Positions 1 through 12,571 of a stretch of DNA of 64,000 bases are shown here, piece by piece. A program made the position numbers and the translations under genes. The stretch lies in the NCBI RefSeq assembly GCF_000143415.4, contig NW_003314262.1, positions 3,293,256 through 3,357,255 on the forward strand. The letters are read 5' to 3'. Source of the stretch: Selaginella moellendorffii (lineage: Eukaryota > Plantae > Lycopodiophyta). Within the stretch, counting starts at the first letter, position 1, and the number at the start of each line of letters is the position of its first letter. The notes below the pieces were generated by a model, which saw only the letters and a program-made list of their open reading frames with translations, made no database searches and was not told where the DNA came from.

Positions 1-186
1 TCTTGGTTTTCAAGCGTGTAGCGAGGAGACGGTGCTCCAGAATGCAACCGAGATGACTTGGAGCTGCTCGAGCTGTTCACGAATGGTCTGAAAGGCTGGA
101 AGGACGAGGATGCATTGCAATCAGGGGGTGGCGGAGCTGCATGAGAAACAAGCAGAAAAATCATATGCTTTGAAACTTACCGTGGT

Positions 187-966
187 ATGATCTGCTTCCA
201 CATAAACAAGCTTATGAAGTGGCGATTCCCTTATCAAGCAAAGAATGCTTGTCGGACCCGTCTCCTGCGAAGGCAAAAAGCTATGGTGTCGTGGAATGCA
301 ATGGTAATTGCTTACGCTCGGCTTGATCGCTCCGCTCAGGGCTTGGACGAGGCGACGGTGTTGCTCAGGGAAAAGTTTTTGATCATGGCGTTCAATCCCA
401 GTAGCGCCAAGAAAGCGTGGATGATTCTGCCTCCTGCGCCGGAAACCCACGGCAAGGGATTCGTGTGCAAGGCTCTCGGCAGCAAGCTCTACAGCAAAGC
501 AGTGAGCGTCTTACGAATCAATGGAACGCCACGGCTACGGAGGGTCGGCCATACGTTGTCGGTGGCAACTGGAATGGGGAGGGACCGACACCAAGGGTAT
601 ACAATCCGGTGCAGGATCGATGAGATCCTCTTCCCCCATCGCCATCACTGGACACTAGTTCGACAGTTTTTGCATATGGCCCTTGCCGTGGATCGCAACA
701 AGATGGTTGCGAGCCCGTGCGATGCTGTGAGCCCGGACGATGATGCTCCCGGAGTTTTCTCGACACAAAATCACTCCTGGGAAGTGGAATGTTCTTCTGG
801 GAGCTCACAGCGTAGCACAAAAACTTCTCAAGCGTTCGTCAGCTGGAGCGCCACCCGTGATTGCCACGTTCGTGTCTCCACAACAACGATTCGGCCATGC
901 ACAACGTTTTACAAGCTCAGCGTGCCTCCCAGCAGCGATTTGGACGTCGAGGTTCTTCGGGCTTGA
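187..966 (+). pseudogene. Degenerate PPR (PLS-type) gene relic
   Basis: Scattered PPR-like fragments (MVSWNAMVIAYAR; VSPDD; VSWSA; IATFVS) in shifting frames with no coherent repeat array. Confidence 0.5.
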
Positions 967-1509
967 TGGATCCTGTAGCTAAAGATAAATAAGGTATCTA
1001 CGAGGATGGTGTGTTTCAGCAAATGCCCGATGAAGGCATTTTTCCTAGGTGCTCATCCTTCAACTTGCTGAAGTTCTTTTAGCTTCAGCAACCAGAATGT
1101 CTTATTTGCAGTGTGTCAAGGGATTGTTTCAAAACTCTTGGTGCTTACTCCATGAGAATCCCTTGGTGCTCAGTCCAGGTTCTTCGAGTTTGATACATAT
1201 GCATCTTATGGCAGCACTGTAAGAGTGATCAAAGTCCGCAAGGCAACCGCTACTTTCTTGGGGCTCGTCCAGAGATTAAATTGACCGCCAGCATGTCATT
1301 CCACGTCATACGTTTGAACGTTTGACCTCAAACTGGTCACACCATCCAGTTTAATGCTGAGATACTAAAGCAAAGCACCCAGGAGCATTTTTAAGTGCTT
1401 ATCATCAAAGTCCTTGGAATAGAAGTATGTTATCATCGAAGTTCTGGAGAAAAACAGGAGAAAACCAGCCACCACCACCATTTTGCTCGATCCAAACTCG
1501 GGGCCAGCT

Positions 1510-1680
1510 GCTGCTGCTCAAACATTTCCGTCCTCGATCTCAAACTTTTCTCCACGCCCCTGTAAGCTTTTGCTTCCACCTCGATCCCAAACTCTTTCTC
1601 CAAGTCCCTGTGACCATCCTCGATGTCAATCTTCCAAGTCCCTTGTGACCAACCTCGACAAACCTTCTTCCAAGTTCCTG
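1510..1680 (-). repeat. About four degenerate 35-45 bp tandem repeats downstream of the SHIPPO stop
   Basis: Minus-strand units of the form CAGG(G)ACTTGGA(A)GA...TCGAGG(A/T)TGG. Confidence 0.55.
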
Positions 1681-1699
1681 AGAGGCCCGTCTTCTCTTG

Positions 1700-3517
1700 T
1701 CACTCGTCCTCCTCGTCCTCGTAATCGAAATCCAGCCGCGGTCTCATCGTGTAAGCCGGCCCGTCTGGTTTGATCCGGACGTTGTAAGCACCCGGCCCGG
1801 GAGTCTCCTCGCGCCCGAGGTGCTTGAGCCGGCCACTCAAGCTAAACGCTGGCGGCTTGTTCAGCACCATCGCGGCTCTGGGATCGTAAGCTCCTGGACC
1901 TGGACTTACACTCCGAGTTAAATCGTGCCCCCGGCTCGTCAAGCTATAGGCAGGACCCTCCAGAGCGCCCTTGATGTTGTAAGCTCCCGGGCCTGGAGTC
2001 ACAGCCGCAGTTAGAAGTGGAAGCCGACCAGCGAGGCTAAACGAAGGAAGCTCGCTCTTGAGATCCATATGATAAGCTCCAGGGCCGGGTCCCGGTTCTC
2101 TCTTGCTGTACGCCAGCCTCTCTCCCATGCTATACTTCGGCGCCCCCGACTTGATCATCGGCCGGCCATACTGCCCGGGCCCCGGAGTCGTCTCTCCGGA
2201 TGCGTGTATGAGCCTGCGTCCTATGCTGAAAGCTGGAGTCTCCGACTTGCCAATGACGGTGTAAGCACCCGGGCCGGGATAGAAAGTCCTCTGGAGCGGC
2301 GTGAGTCGTCCATACAAGCTGAAAGACGGCCCCTCCATGGAGCTCCCCAGCGAGTACGCGCCGGGGCCTGGAGTGTCCTCTCGCAACTTGCGCTCAAGCC
2401 TCCCGGAGAGCGAGTAAGCTGGCGCGAGGGAGATAACTGCGACGCTGTAGGCTCCCGGGCCGGGACTCTGCTCGGGCCTCCGCTTGGCAAGAACTCCCGA
2501 GAGAGAGTAGGATGGCCCCGTCGCCCCGGACTTGATGTTGTAGCTCCCGGGTCCTGGAGTGTTCTCGTTGTAAGCGTAGTGGAGCTGACCTCCCATCGAG
2601 TAAGCCGGTGGTGCCCGGTACACCACCTTGCCAGTCGGGTCGTAAGCGCCGGGGCCTGGATTCTGCGCGCTCTTCGTCTCGGACAGCCTCCCAGAAAGGC
2701 TGTAAGCGGGGCCAGTGGGACTCCGAGACCGGCTGTAAGTTCCCGGCCCAGGAGTCTCGGAGGAATGCTCGTAGAACACTCTGGATCCGAGCGAGTAGGA
2801 TGGAGGTGACGGGCTTCTCGAGTTGATGTTGGGCTCGTAGGTTCCTGGTCCCGGGTTTTGGTTCCTGGCACCGCCGTCTCCAAGCCTCCCAGAAAGGCTG
2901 TAAGCAGGCCCACTGGATGCCTTTCCCCGACCATAAGCTCCCGGCCCTGGGGTGTCCTCTGTGTGCTCGTAGAAAGTCCTTGGGCCGAGGGAGTAAGAAG
3001 GTGGCGATGGACTTCCAGTTCTCGAGTTTGGATCATACGCCCCCGGACCGGGAGAGTCTGGCCTGCCCAGAGTCTTGAGCTTGCCATGGATTCGAATCCC
3101 CTGCGTGTCGAGCGTGCTGCCCAGCTCGTAAGATCCGGGACCAGGGACGTTCTCGCCCACTTGTCGGCGAAGCCTACCCGAGAGAGAAAATGCCGGAGAG
3201 CTCGGCCTCGAGAGCTGGTTATAGGCGCCGGGCCCGGGGGTCTGCTCTCGTTGGTGAAGCTCGGTTCTTCCCTTGATCGTGTAGGATGGGCCACCGAGCA
3301 TGGAACCGAGCTTGTAAGTGCCCGGCCCCGGATTGTCAGACTCACCTCGCGACGTCAATCGGCTCGCAAGGCTGTACTTTGGAGCCGATGTAGGGATGAG
3401 TGGAGAGTATGCACCTGGCCCCGGGGTGTTCGTCCGCCGCCGCCGCCGCCGCGGCGGGGAGGAGCTCCCCCCGATGCTGGGCATCGGTGTCGCGGACCTG
3501 CTGCCTCCCGTGCTCAT
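1700..3517 (-). CDS. SHIPPO-repeat (sperm-tail PG-rich repeat, ODF3/CIMAP1-like) protein, 605 aa, intronless
   Basis: 18 copies of PGPGxY, each followed by a PAY/FSL-like segment, at about 31-37 aa spacing; ATG at 3517, TGA at 1700-1702. Confidence 0.9.
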   Translation of the reverse strand: MSTGGSRSATPMPSIGGSSSPPRRRRRRTNTPGPGAYSPLIPTSAPKYSLASRLTSRGESDNPGPGTYKLGSMLGGPSYTIKGRTELHQREQTPGPGAYNQLSRPSSPAFSLSGRLRRQVGENVPGPGSYELGSTLDTQGIRIHGKLKTLGRPDSPGPGAYDPNSRTGSPSPPSYSLGPRTFYEHTEDTPGPGAYGRGKASSGPAYSLSGRLGDGGARNQNPGPGTYEPNINSRSPSPPSYSLGSRVFYEHSSETPGPGTYSRSRSPTGPAYSLSGRLSETKSAQNPGPGAYDPTGKVVYRAPPAYSMGGQLHYAYNENTPGPGSYNIKSGATGPSYSLSGVLAKRRPEQSPGPGAYSVAVISLAPAYSLSGRLERKLREDTPGPGAYSLGSSMEGPSFSLYGRLTPLQRTFYPGPGAYTVIGKSETPAFSIGRRLIHASGETTPGPGQYGRPMIKSGAPKYSMGERLAYSKREPGPGPGAYHMDLKSELPSFSLAGRLPLLTAAVTPGPGAYNIKGALEGPAYSLTSRGHDLTRSVSPGPGAYDPRAAMVLNKPPAFSLSGRLKHLGREETPGPGAYNVRIKPDGPAYTMRPRLDFDYEDEEDE

Positions 3518-3746
3518 CGAGGATGCCTCTGCCTCGCCGAGCGATGGATCCGGTGCCGCATAGGATATTGCAGAGCGGCGGCGGCGCCAGTGAGAACCCT
3601 AGCCACGGAGCGACGGCGATGGGGTGCCAGGCCATGGCGGCTCTTCGCTCGGCAGCCGCGACCCGCAAAATCCCTGCCGAAGAACCCTAAAATCACATTG
3701 GCATATTCTTGGTATCTTTTTACAAATTTGGCGGGAAAACATTCGT
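3518..3746. promoter_or_regulatory. Putative bidirectional promoter with telo-box-like AACCCTAA (3683-3690)
   Basis: Only 229 bp separates divergent ATGs at 3517 (-) and 3747 (+). Confidence 0.5.
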
Positions 3747-6020
3747 ATGCTGCAAAGGGCTAGTTGTCTCGAGCAAGGCGCGGTTGATCCAGTCGAAGAT
3801 CTTGCTCGATCGATCAGAAGAGCCAGAGATTTGGAAGAATGCAAGCGAATCCATGGGCGCGTCCGCGAGAGCAGCCATTCCCACAACATCTTCCTCGCCA
3901 ATCTGCTCGTCCAGAAGTATGGCAAATGCGGGAGCTTGCTCGATGCCCGCCAAGTCTTCGACGAGATCCCTCGCCCTAACCTCTTCTCGTGGAGCAGCAT
4001 CCTTCATGCCTACGCGGCCAGCAAGAATCTCGGCGAGGCAAAGGATCTCTTCAACAAGATGCCGGTCAAGGATCTGGTATCATCCTCCGCGCTAATCAAG
4101 GCATATGCCCAAGCCGGGCATCTAAAAGACGCAGAGCGAATCTTTCACTCCCTTCCCAGGAAAGATTCCGTCGCTTGCAACATCATGATAGGCGCGTACT
4201 CCCAAAGAGGTTGCATTGACAAGGCTAAAGATATATTCGATCAAACTCCTTCAAAGACCGTGATATCCTGGAACAACATGATTTCGGCATATGCCAAAAG
4301 CGGGTATTTATCAAAGGCCAGAGATGTGTTTGATTCCATGCCGGAGAAAAACGTAGTGTCGTGGAATCTTATTTTCCACGTCTACGCTGGTGCCGGAAGA
4401 TTCAAGGAGGCAAAGAGGATCTTCGACAGCATGCCAGACAGGGATGTGGTCTCCTGGACAGCAATGGTCGGAGCACATGCCGGGACTGGGCAAATTTTAG
4501 AAGCCAAGAGAATGTTTGACTGCATGGATGTCCGAAACACTGTGACGTGGAACATAATGTTCCGGGCTTACGTTGACGCCGGTCAAATGGACGATGCAAA
4601 GTCGGTCTTCGACGCCATGCCCGAGAGGGATACGGTGGCGTGGAACACTTTGATTGCCGCGTACGTACAATACGGCCGCATGGATGAGGCGTGCAAGGCG
4701 TTCGATGCGATGGAGGAGCGTACCGTGGTGACGTGGACGACCATGATCGCGGGGTATGGTCGGCACGGGAATCTGTCCGAGGCGAAGAGATTGTTTGATC
4801 GATCGCCCGAAAAAAATGTTGTGTCGTGGAATGCGATGCTTCAGGCTTACGTAGAGAGCCAGTGTTTTGAGGGGGCGAAAGAGATTTTTGATCGGATGCC
4901 TGAGTGGGACGTTGTGTCGTGGACAGCGCTGGTTGCAGTGTATGCCGATGCAGGGTATTTGTGTAGAGCTCGCGATCTCTTTGATGAAATGCCGCAGAGA
5001 AATGTGGTCTCTTGGGTGACGATGCTTGCTGCTTATTCCCAGCGTGATCTTGTCAATGAGACACAGAAATGTTTCGATGAGATGCCCGAGCACTGCAATG
5101 CGGCGTGGCATTTGCTTTTCCAGGCACACGCTCGAGCCGGATTTGTGGACAAGGCGAAGATGGTCTTTGATCGGATGCCGCACAGGGACGTCCTGTGTTG
5201 GAACATGATGATCACTGTCTTCGTCGCGGCGAGAAACGTCGATGACGCGAGGTGCGTCTTCGACCAGATACCGGAGCCAAACACGATCTCGTGGACGAAC
5301 ATGGTGACGCTCTACGGCCAGTGTGGTGATCTTTGCGAAGCACAAAAGATGTTTGACATGATCCCAGATCCCAGCGTCGTTTCTTATAACGCGCTCATGG
5401 CTGCTTATGCTCAAGCCAGTGATCTCGCGCAAGTCAAAGCCATCTTTGATGCAATGCAAGATCGTGATACGATCACTTACACGACAATGATCAGCATTTA
5501 CTCCCAGCACGGTTTCATCGCTCAGGCACGAGAGATTTTCGATTCACTGCCGACCCATGACACAGTTTGCTGGAACTCGATCATCTCGGCATATGCCCAA
5601 AACGGGCATACCGAGGGAGCGGTAAAGCTCTTCGAGCTCATGAACGTCGAGGGCGTCGAGGTGAACGAGTCCACGCTTCTTAAAGTCCTGGCGACTTGCA
5701 GCCGGCTTGGATCACTGGATTCCGGGTGGCGGGCATTCGTCTCGATCTCGCAGGATTACGGCTTGCAAGCAACGAGAGATCACTATGGGTGTTTGATCGA
5801 TCTTCTGGGGCGAGCTGGATGGATCGGCCAAGCCCAAGAGCTCATCGACGTGATGCCTTTCTGCGCGGATGGTGCTGCTTGGGGGAGCTTGCTCTCTGCG
5901 TCCAAAGTTTACCATGATGTGGATTGTGGAATGCAGGCTTCTTGGAAGATCTCAGAGCTTGAACCCAGTAGCTCGGCAGCATATGTGGAGCTCTCTAACA
6001 TCTACAAACACTGCGATTGA
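3747..6020 (+). CDS. PLS-class PPR protein with a long run of 31-aa SS motifs and an E domain, no DYW
   Basis: Repeated 'AKxxFDxMPxRxVVSWxxMxxAY' units; C-terminal HYGCLIDLLGRAG...AAWGSLLSA...AYVELSNIY. First ATG is at 3747 (the ORF track starts at a GTG at 3624). Confidence 0.92.
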   Translation: MLQRASCLEQGAVDPVEDLARSIRRARDLEECKRIHGRVRESSHSHNIFLANLLVQKYGKCGSLLDARQVFDEIPRPNLFSWSSILHAYAASKNLGEAKDLFNKMPVKDLVSSSALIKAYAQAGHLKDAERIFHSLPRKDSVACNIMIGAYSQRGCIDKAKDIFDQTPSKTVISWNNMISAYAKSGYLSKARDVFDSMPEKNVVSWNLIFHVYAGAGRFKEAKRIFDSMPDRDVVSWTAMVGAHAGTGQILEAKRMFDCMDVRNTVTWNIMFRAYVDAGQMDDAKSVFDAMPERDTVAWNTLIAAYVQYGRMDEACKAFDAMEERTVVTWTTMIAGYGRHGNLSEAKRLFDRSPEKNVVSWNAMLQAYVESQCFEGAKEIFDRMPEWDVVSWTALVAVYADAGYLCRARDLFDEMPQRNVVSWVTMLAAYSQRDLVNETQKCFDEMPEHCNAAWHLLFQAHARAGFVDKAKMVFDRMPHRDVLCWNMMITVFVAARNVDDARCVFDQIPEPNTISWTNMVTLYGQCGDLCEAQKMFDMIPDPSVVSYNALMAAYAQASDLAQVKAIFDAMQDRDTITYTTMISIYSQHGFIAQAREIFDSLPTHDTVCWNSIISAYAQNGHTEGAVKLFELMNVEGVEVNESTLLKVLATCSRLGSLDSGWRAFVSISQDYGLQATRDHYGCLIDLLGRAGWIGQAQELIDVMPFCADGAAWGSLLSASKVYHDVDCGMQASWKISELEPSSSAAYVELSNIYKHCD

Positions 6021-6220
6021 CTAAACTATAGAACGTCCAATGATAATTTAGAAGTTTTTACCCGATATTACCACAAAATTATATTTTTTTTTACAAAACT
6101 CAAATATTTCTACAACTTAAGAATTTACAAGTTTGGTTTTTACTTTTTACTTTTTTTTTGCTTGGAGTATCTTTTATGTGATACAATACCCAGAAAATTT
6201 GGTGGCGAAAACCATCCAAG

Positions 6221-7287
6221 TCATTTTTGTTCATTCGGGATCACTAGAATATCACCTGGAAATGCGAGGGTGAAGATTGGGTGCTATAAACTTATACGAG
6301 GTTGGCACTCACCCGCGAATATAAGATCCGGATTCTCAATCCCGTTCGCAGTCTGGATTGTGGAGATGGAAACTTTGAACTTGCGAGAGAGAGACCAGAG
6401 CGTGTTTCCCTGGAGATGTATCATGTCACGCTCAAAGTTTTCTAGCGATGAAGCCCAAGAGAACAACCTTTTGTATGTGATGAGTCCGAGGGATCCAGAG
6501 GAGCTGGCCGGTAGCAACATTTGCCGGGTTTAAGATCTTATTTGCCTGTGCAAAGTAATGCAAGAAGAAACGAAAGGATCAAACCACAGGGATGATAGAA
6601 CTTTGGCCTGACCTCCATGACAACTTCTGTGAAAGTTTCGTGCTTGGAGGAGATGTCTCCCAAGTCCTCGCCGGGTAGAACCTTGTACACGTAGTTTCCT
6701 TTGGGTCTGCTCACTACACAACCAAGTAGAGAGATCGAAACATCACCCAAGAAGAAGAAAAGAAAAACGAAGAGAAGAACAGGAAAAAACAAAGTGTTCT
6801 CACCCTTTGGCTTGGGCATCAGATTTTGTTTCTCGTTGGCTTTCTGCCATCGAACATATCGCCAAGGACGAGGCCTGGGCAAGCAAAAGAACAAAGAAAG
6901 TAGGAATTAACCATCGCGAAACTTTGTTCTTGCTAAGACAAAGATGATACAACTTACTTGTCGGGATCCATCCGTACGGACGCCGGTACGTTTGATCTTC
7001 GGGCTGGAATCGTCTGCAAGCACGGCAGAATATCAGCCGCAAGCCCGCATTCCAAGCACCCAATGCATGGATCATTCCCACCAGTGGTCCAAATGCTCAT
7101 TCACCGACCAAGACCAAGCAAGCAAGCAAAACCAAAAACCCCCAAGTCGTTTTTTTTCCCTGCGATCCAAAGAAATCCAGCCAAAACTTACGGCTTGCGG
7201 CTCCTCGGCTCCAAAGATTGGGAGCGCCCTCCTCATCAGCGTCGGCCATACTCGCCACATATCGCTCCCCCGATCCTTGAAGTTCAT
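6221..7287 (-). CDS. Tandem LysM-domain protein (7 exons, two LysM motifs)
   Basis: Hand-spliced GT-AG model: MNFKDRG...EPQA | TIPARR...DPDK | PRPWRY...PKPK | VSRPKGNYVYKVLPGEDLGDISSKHETFTEVVME | ANKILNPANVATGQLLWIPRTHHIQK | GNTLWSLSRKFKVSISTIQTANGIENPDLIFAG | DILVIPNEQK*. Confidence 0.82.
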
Positions 7288-7372
7288 GATTCTCTCTTCT
7301 TCTTCTTCGTCTCTCCTCCTAGATCCCGCAAAATCCTTCCTTTGCGCTGGAAACTAAACTCCTAGACGCTCC

Positions 7373-7460
7373 CCTCCCCTCTCTCTCTCTCTCTCTCTTC
7401 TTTGTTGGTTCAATCCATGATGGCTCGTACCCGCGAAGAACACACACTACCTAAGAGAAC

Positions 7461-7492
<32 letters not shown>

Positions 7493-7497
7493 GAGAG
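7373..7497. repeat. (CT)n and (AG)n microsatellites in inverted arrangement
   Basis: CT tract at about 7379-7398 and AG tract at about 7472-7497. Confidence 0.7.
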
Positions 7498-7866
7498 CTC
7501 TTACTAAACTGTTTAATTTATTACCAAGATCCAAGCTCATGCAACTTCTGAGAGAGAGATCACCGAGAAGTTTTCTGATTCGATCAAGTGAAAACCTTCT
7601 TTCTCTAAAATCATGGCGAAATGCCGGGACTTTAAAACCCAGGAAAAAGAAAGAAAAAGGAACTTAGAAGATAAATGACAAGATCTTGCTTGATCGAAAA
7701 AATCTGCGGCCACAGCGGCATTACAATGATGGACGAGAACATCACGAAGACTACCGATCGCCTCCATCTCCAACAACAATGGATTGTTTTCTGGATTGTT
7801 TTCTTTTTTCTTCACACAACTTTGGTTGCTTTGCTTGGATCATCCTTCCATCTACCATTCATCCTC

Positions 7867-9997
<2,131 letters not shown>

Positions 9998-11477
9998 ATT
10001 CGAGCAAGCAAGACGCGAGCAATCAAAGGAATAGAAGGAGCTAATCTAGCTCAGCCGATCGAGAACTGAGCTGCGAGGTGGGAGAGAGCGGCCGATGCGA
10101 TCGATCGATCGAGCGAAACCAGCTGAGAGGAAATGCCGGGGCCTCGGCAGCCCTAAATATTCGTAAAGCGCCTCCAAACCTACACCAAACCTGTCTAGGC
10201 CCGGAGAATATTCCAGAACTTATTCTAACCTAACCTTCATGCGTTTAGCGCGGCGGTGTGTGACGCGCAACACTTGGCGAGTGCAAATTTTGTGGAGAGA
10301 AATGGTCTCTTTCCAGATTGTTTTTTGTTAAAAAATGGATAGAAAAAATGAGGGAGAATTGTATATTAAAGAGGAATATTTTGAGTATTTTTTTTCGTTG
10401 TGGGATCAGCATCACTCACCGTTGGATCTCCACCGCTCAAACCTTTGTTCTTTTGTCGCATGTTCTTGGCTCCCTCAAAAATTTCACACCTCGAGACGAC
10501 GAGGCTTTTATATCCTCCTAGTTAGCTCGTGAAAACCTAACTCGTTATAGACTAGACTATCTGTGAGAGAGCGATTGATTGATCACCCAAATTAAAAATG
10601 TGAGAGAACGATCAAAATATCATCATATTTTAAATCCATTAATGTTTTAAATCCTGTTGTGCCCAATCAGAAGCATGGGATCGAACCCGTCAAAAAATGT
10701 GAGAGACCGATTGAGGGATCATCGAAATCAAAATCTAATTGATCACTCCCCCATCAAACATTTGCTATAGTATATTGTATCATTATTGTCCTTGTTATTT
10801 TCAGTGTGTCTCTTTTGTCCAGACCCCCTTCTGGAAACGTATGCTGGCGCCAAGTATCGTGGAGGATTCGTGTCCACCGCAGGAAAGATGCTCTAGGACG
10901 TTTGCAGAGTGACGGTGGATGATCTAGACTGCTGGGGCCAGCGGCTCGATCGAGGTGGCGCTTTTGACGCCTCCCAGCTTTTAGGGTTCTTGAGATTCTC
11001 TGGTTGGGGAGGGATTGCCCATCGTGGACGAGCTTGTTCCCTCAGTCTGGGAACATTAATTTAATCCAAAGTCACATCATCCAAAGGATCTTTCATTTTA
11101 GGGTTCTTGAATGAAATGGTCAAAGTTAAATGGTCAACGTTTCAGTCAACGTGGACTTGGACCGGCAATGGAATCGAACTTTGCATCTGCTTAAACTTTT
11201 GTTTTTTAACGGTTCGATTCCCGGCGGTATTAAAGCGCATATTCCCTGCGCATTTTCTCAAAGGAAATAGGGTAACGAAGGCGACTGTGAGCGCAGAGAA
11301 AGCGAAGGTAGGCTTTTCGGGCGCCCTAGGCTTGGACTGGGTGCTCCACACGGCGCTGCGATCGGTCAATGCGCTGCCCTGGGGCTGTGGATGGGAGTTT
11401 CTTTGGCGATCGATAGATCGTAGTGCTAGGCGAGTGGAATTCCTGGGCGATCTGATCGGACTCTTGAGGCGGCAGCC

Positions 11478-12457
11478 ATGTTTAGTCGGATGTTTGGCAA
11501 GCCCAAGGTTGAGCCATCGACTTTGACTACTCTCGACAAGCTAAATGAGGTGTGTTTTTGGATCTCTTGCTTCTTTAGCTTTGGAGATTGAATTTGTTTT
11601 CTAGACTTTGGAGATGCTAGAGAAGAAGGAGAGGGTGCTCCAGAAGAAGATCGCGGCGGAGATCGAAAAGGCCAGAGAGTACACGCGTGTTAAGAACAAG
11701 AAAGGTGAGCATAGAGATTGTTTTCATGAAGCTCAGAGATGGTGATCTAGTGCAGCTGCTATTGCTTGTCTCAAGAAAAAGAAGATCTACGAGACTCACA
11801 TCGAACAACTAGGAAACTTTCAGCTGCGAATTCATGATCAAGTAAGAGTCTCCTCTTCCTTTGACTTCAAAAGATTGGTGGTGATTGGGTTTATGGTTTT
11901 GTGTGCTTTTGCTAGATGATTTTGCTTGAGGGCGCGAAGGCAACCACGGAAACAGTCGACGCTCTGAGAAGTGGAGCTGCAGCCATGAAAGCAATCCAAA
12001 AAGCTACGTAAGTTCTCTTCAAGGTTTTTCTGTTTTCTCCATTCATCAGCTCGTTGGTCATCTCTCAGGAACATCGACGACGTAGACAAAACTATGGATG
12101 AGGTGAACGAGCAGACCGAGAACATCAAGCAAATCCAGGAAGCTCTCTCGGCTCCATTCGGTGCCGCCGGCGAATTTGACGACGTAAGAGATCCGAGAAA
12201 AAGAGAAACTCTAAGCTTTGTTTGATCTTTCTTATCTGTTCCAGGATGATTTGGAGGCCGAGCTCGAGGATTTGGAAGGAGCGGAGTTGGAAGAACAATT
12301 GCTCAAGCCAGCGACAGCTGCTCCGACGCCAATCCCAGCTCCAAATCGTGTTCCAAGCCGAGCTCCTCAAGCTCAAGTTCCTCAACAACGGGTCCCTGCC
12401 ACCAACGTCGCCGAGGACGATGAACTAGCGGCCTTACAGGCGGAAATGGCCCTGTAA
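11478..12457 (+). CDS. VPS32: ESCRT-III subunit VPS32/SNF7 (multi-exon)
   Basis: MFSRMFGKPK start; TLDKLNE/TLEMLEKKE, QLGNFQLRIHDQ, LEGAKATTETVDALRSGAAAMK, DDELAALQAEMAL*. Confidence 0.95.
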
Positions 12458-12542
12458 AAAACCAAGCATTTCCATCCATCCCATTGTATTCTTCTTCGCC
12501 ATGGTTTTATTCCGAAGTAGAGAGTTTTAGAGCCACTTTGTT

Positions 12543-12566
12543 TTAGGGTTTTGGGGATTAGGGTTC
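12543..12566. promoter_or_regulatory. Telo-box(es) upstream of MetRS
   Basis: TTAGGGTTT (reverse complement AAACCCTAA) at 12543-12551 plus a second TTAGGGTT just before the ATG; telo-boxes are typical of plant translation-machinery genes. Confidence 0.6.
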
Positions 12567-12571
12567 TAGCC

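Noticed and set aside
187-966. 259-aa ORF as a functional gene
   Set aside because: PPR-like motifs are broken across frames; treated as a relic.
2069-3763. Long overlapping ORFs opposite or alternate to the SHIPPO gene (and similar ones over the PPR genes)
   Set aside because: Shadow ORFs of GC-rich, repetitive coding sequence with no domain signal.
10555-10760. Short direct repeats (TGTGAGAGA.CGAT) between MIPS and VPS32
   Set aside because: No TIR/TSD or length sufficient to call a MITE or a defined regulatory element.
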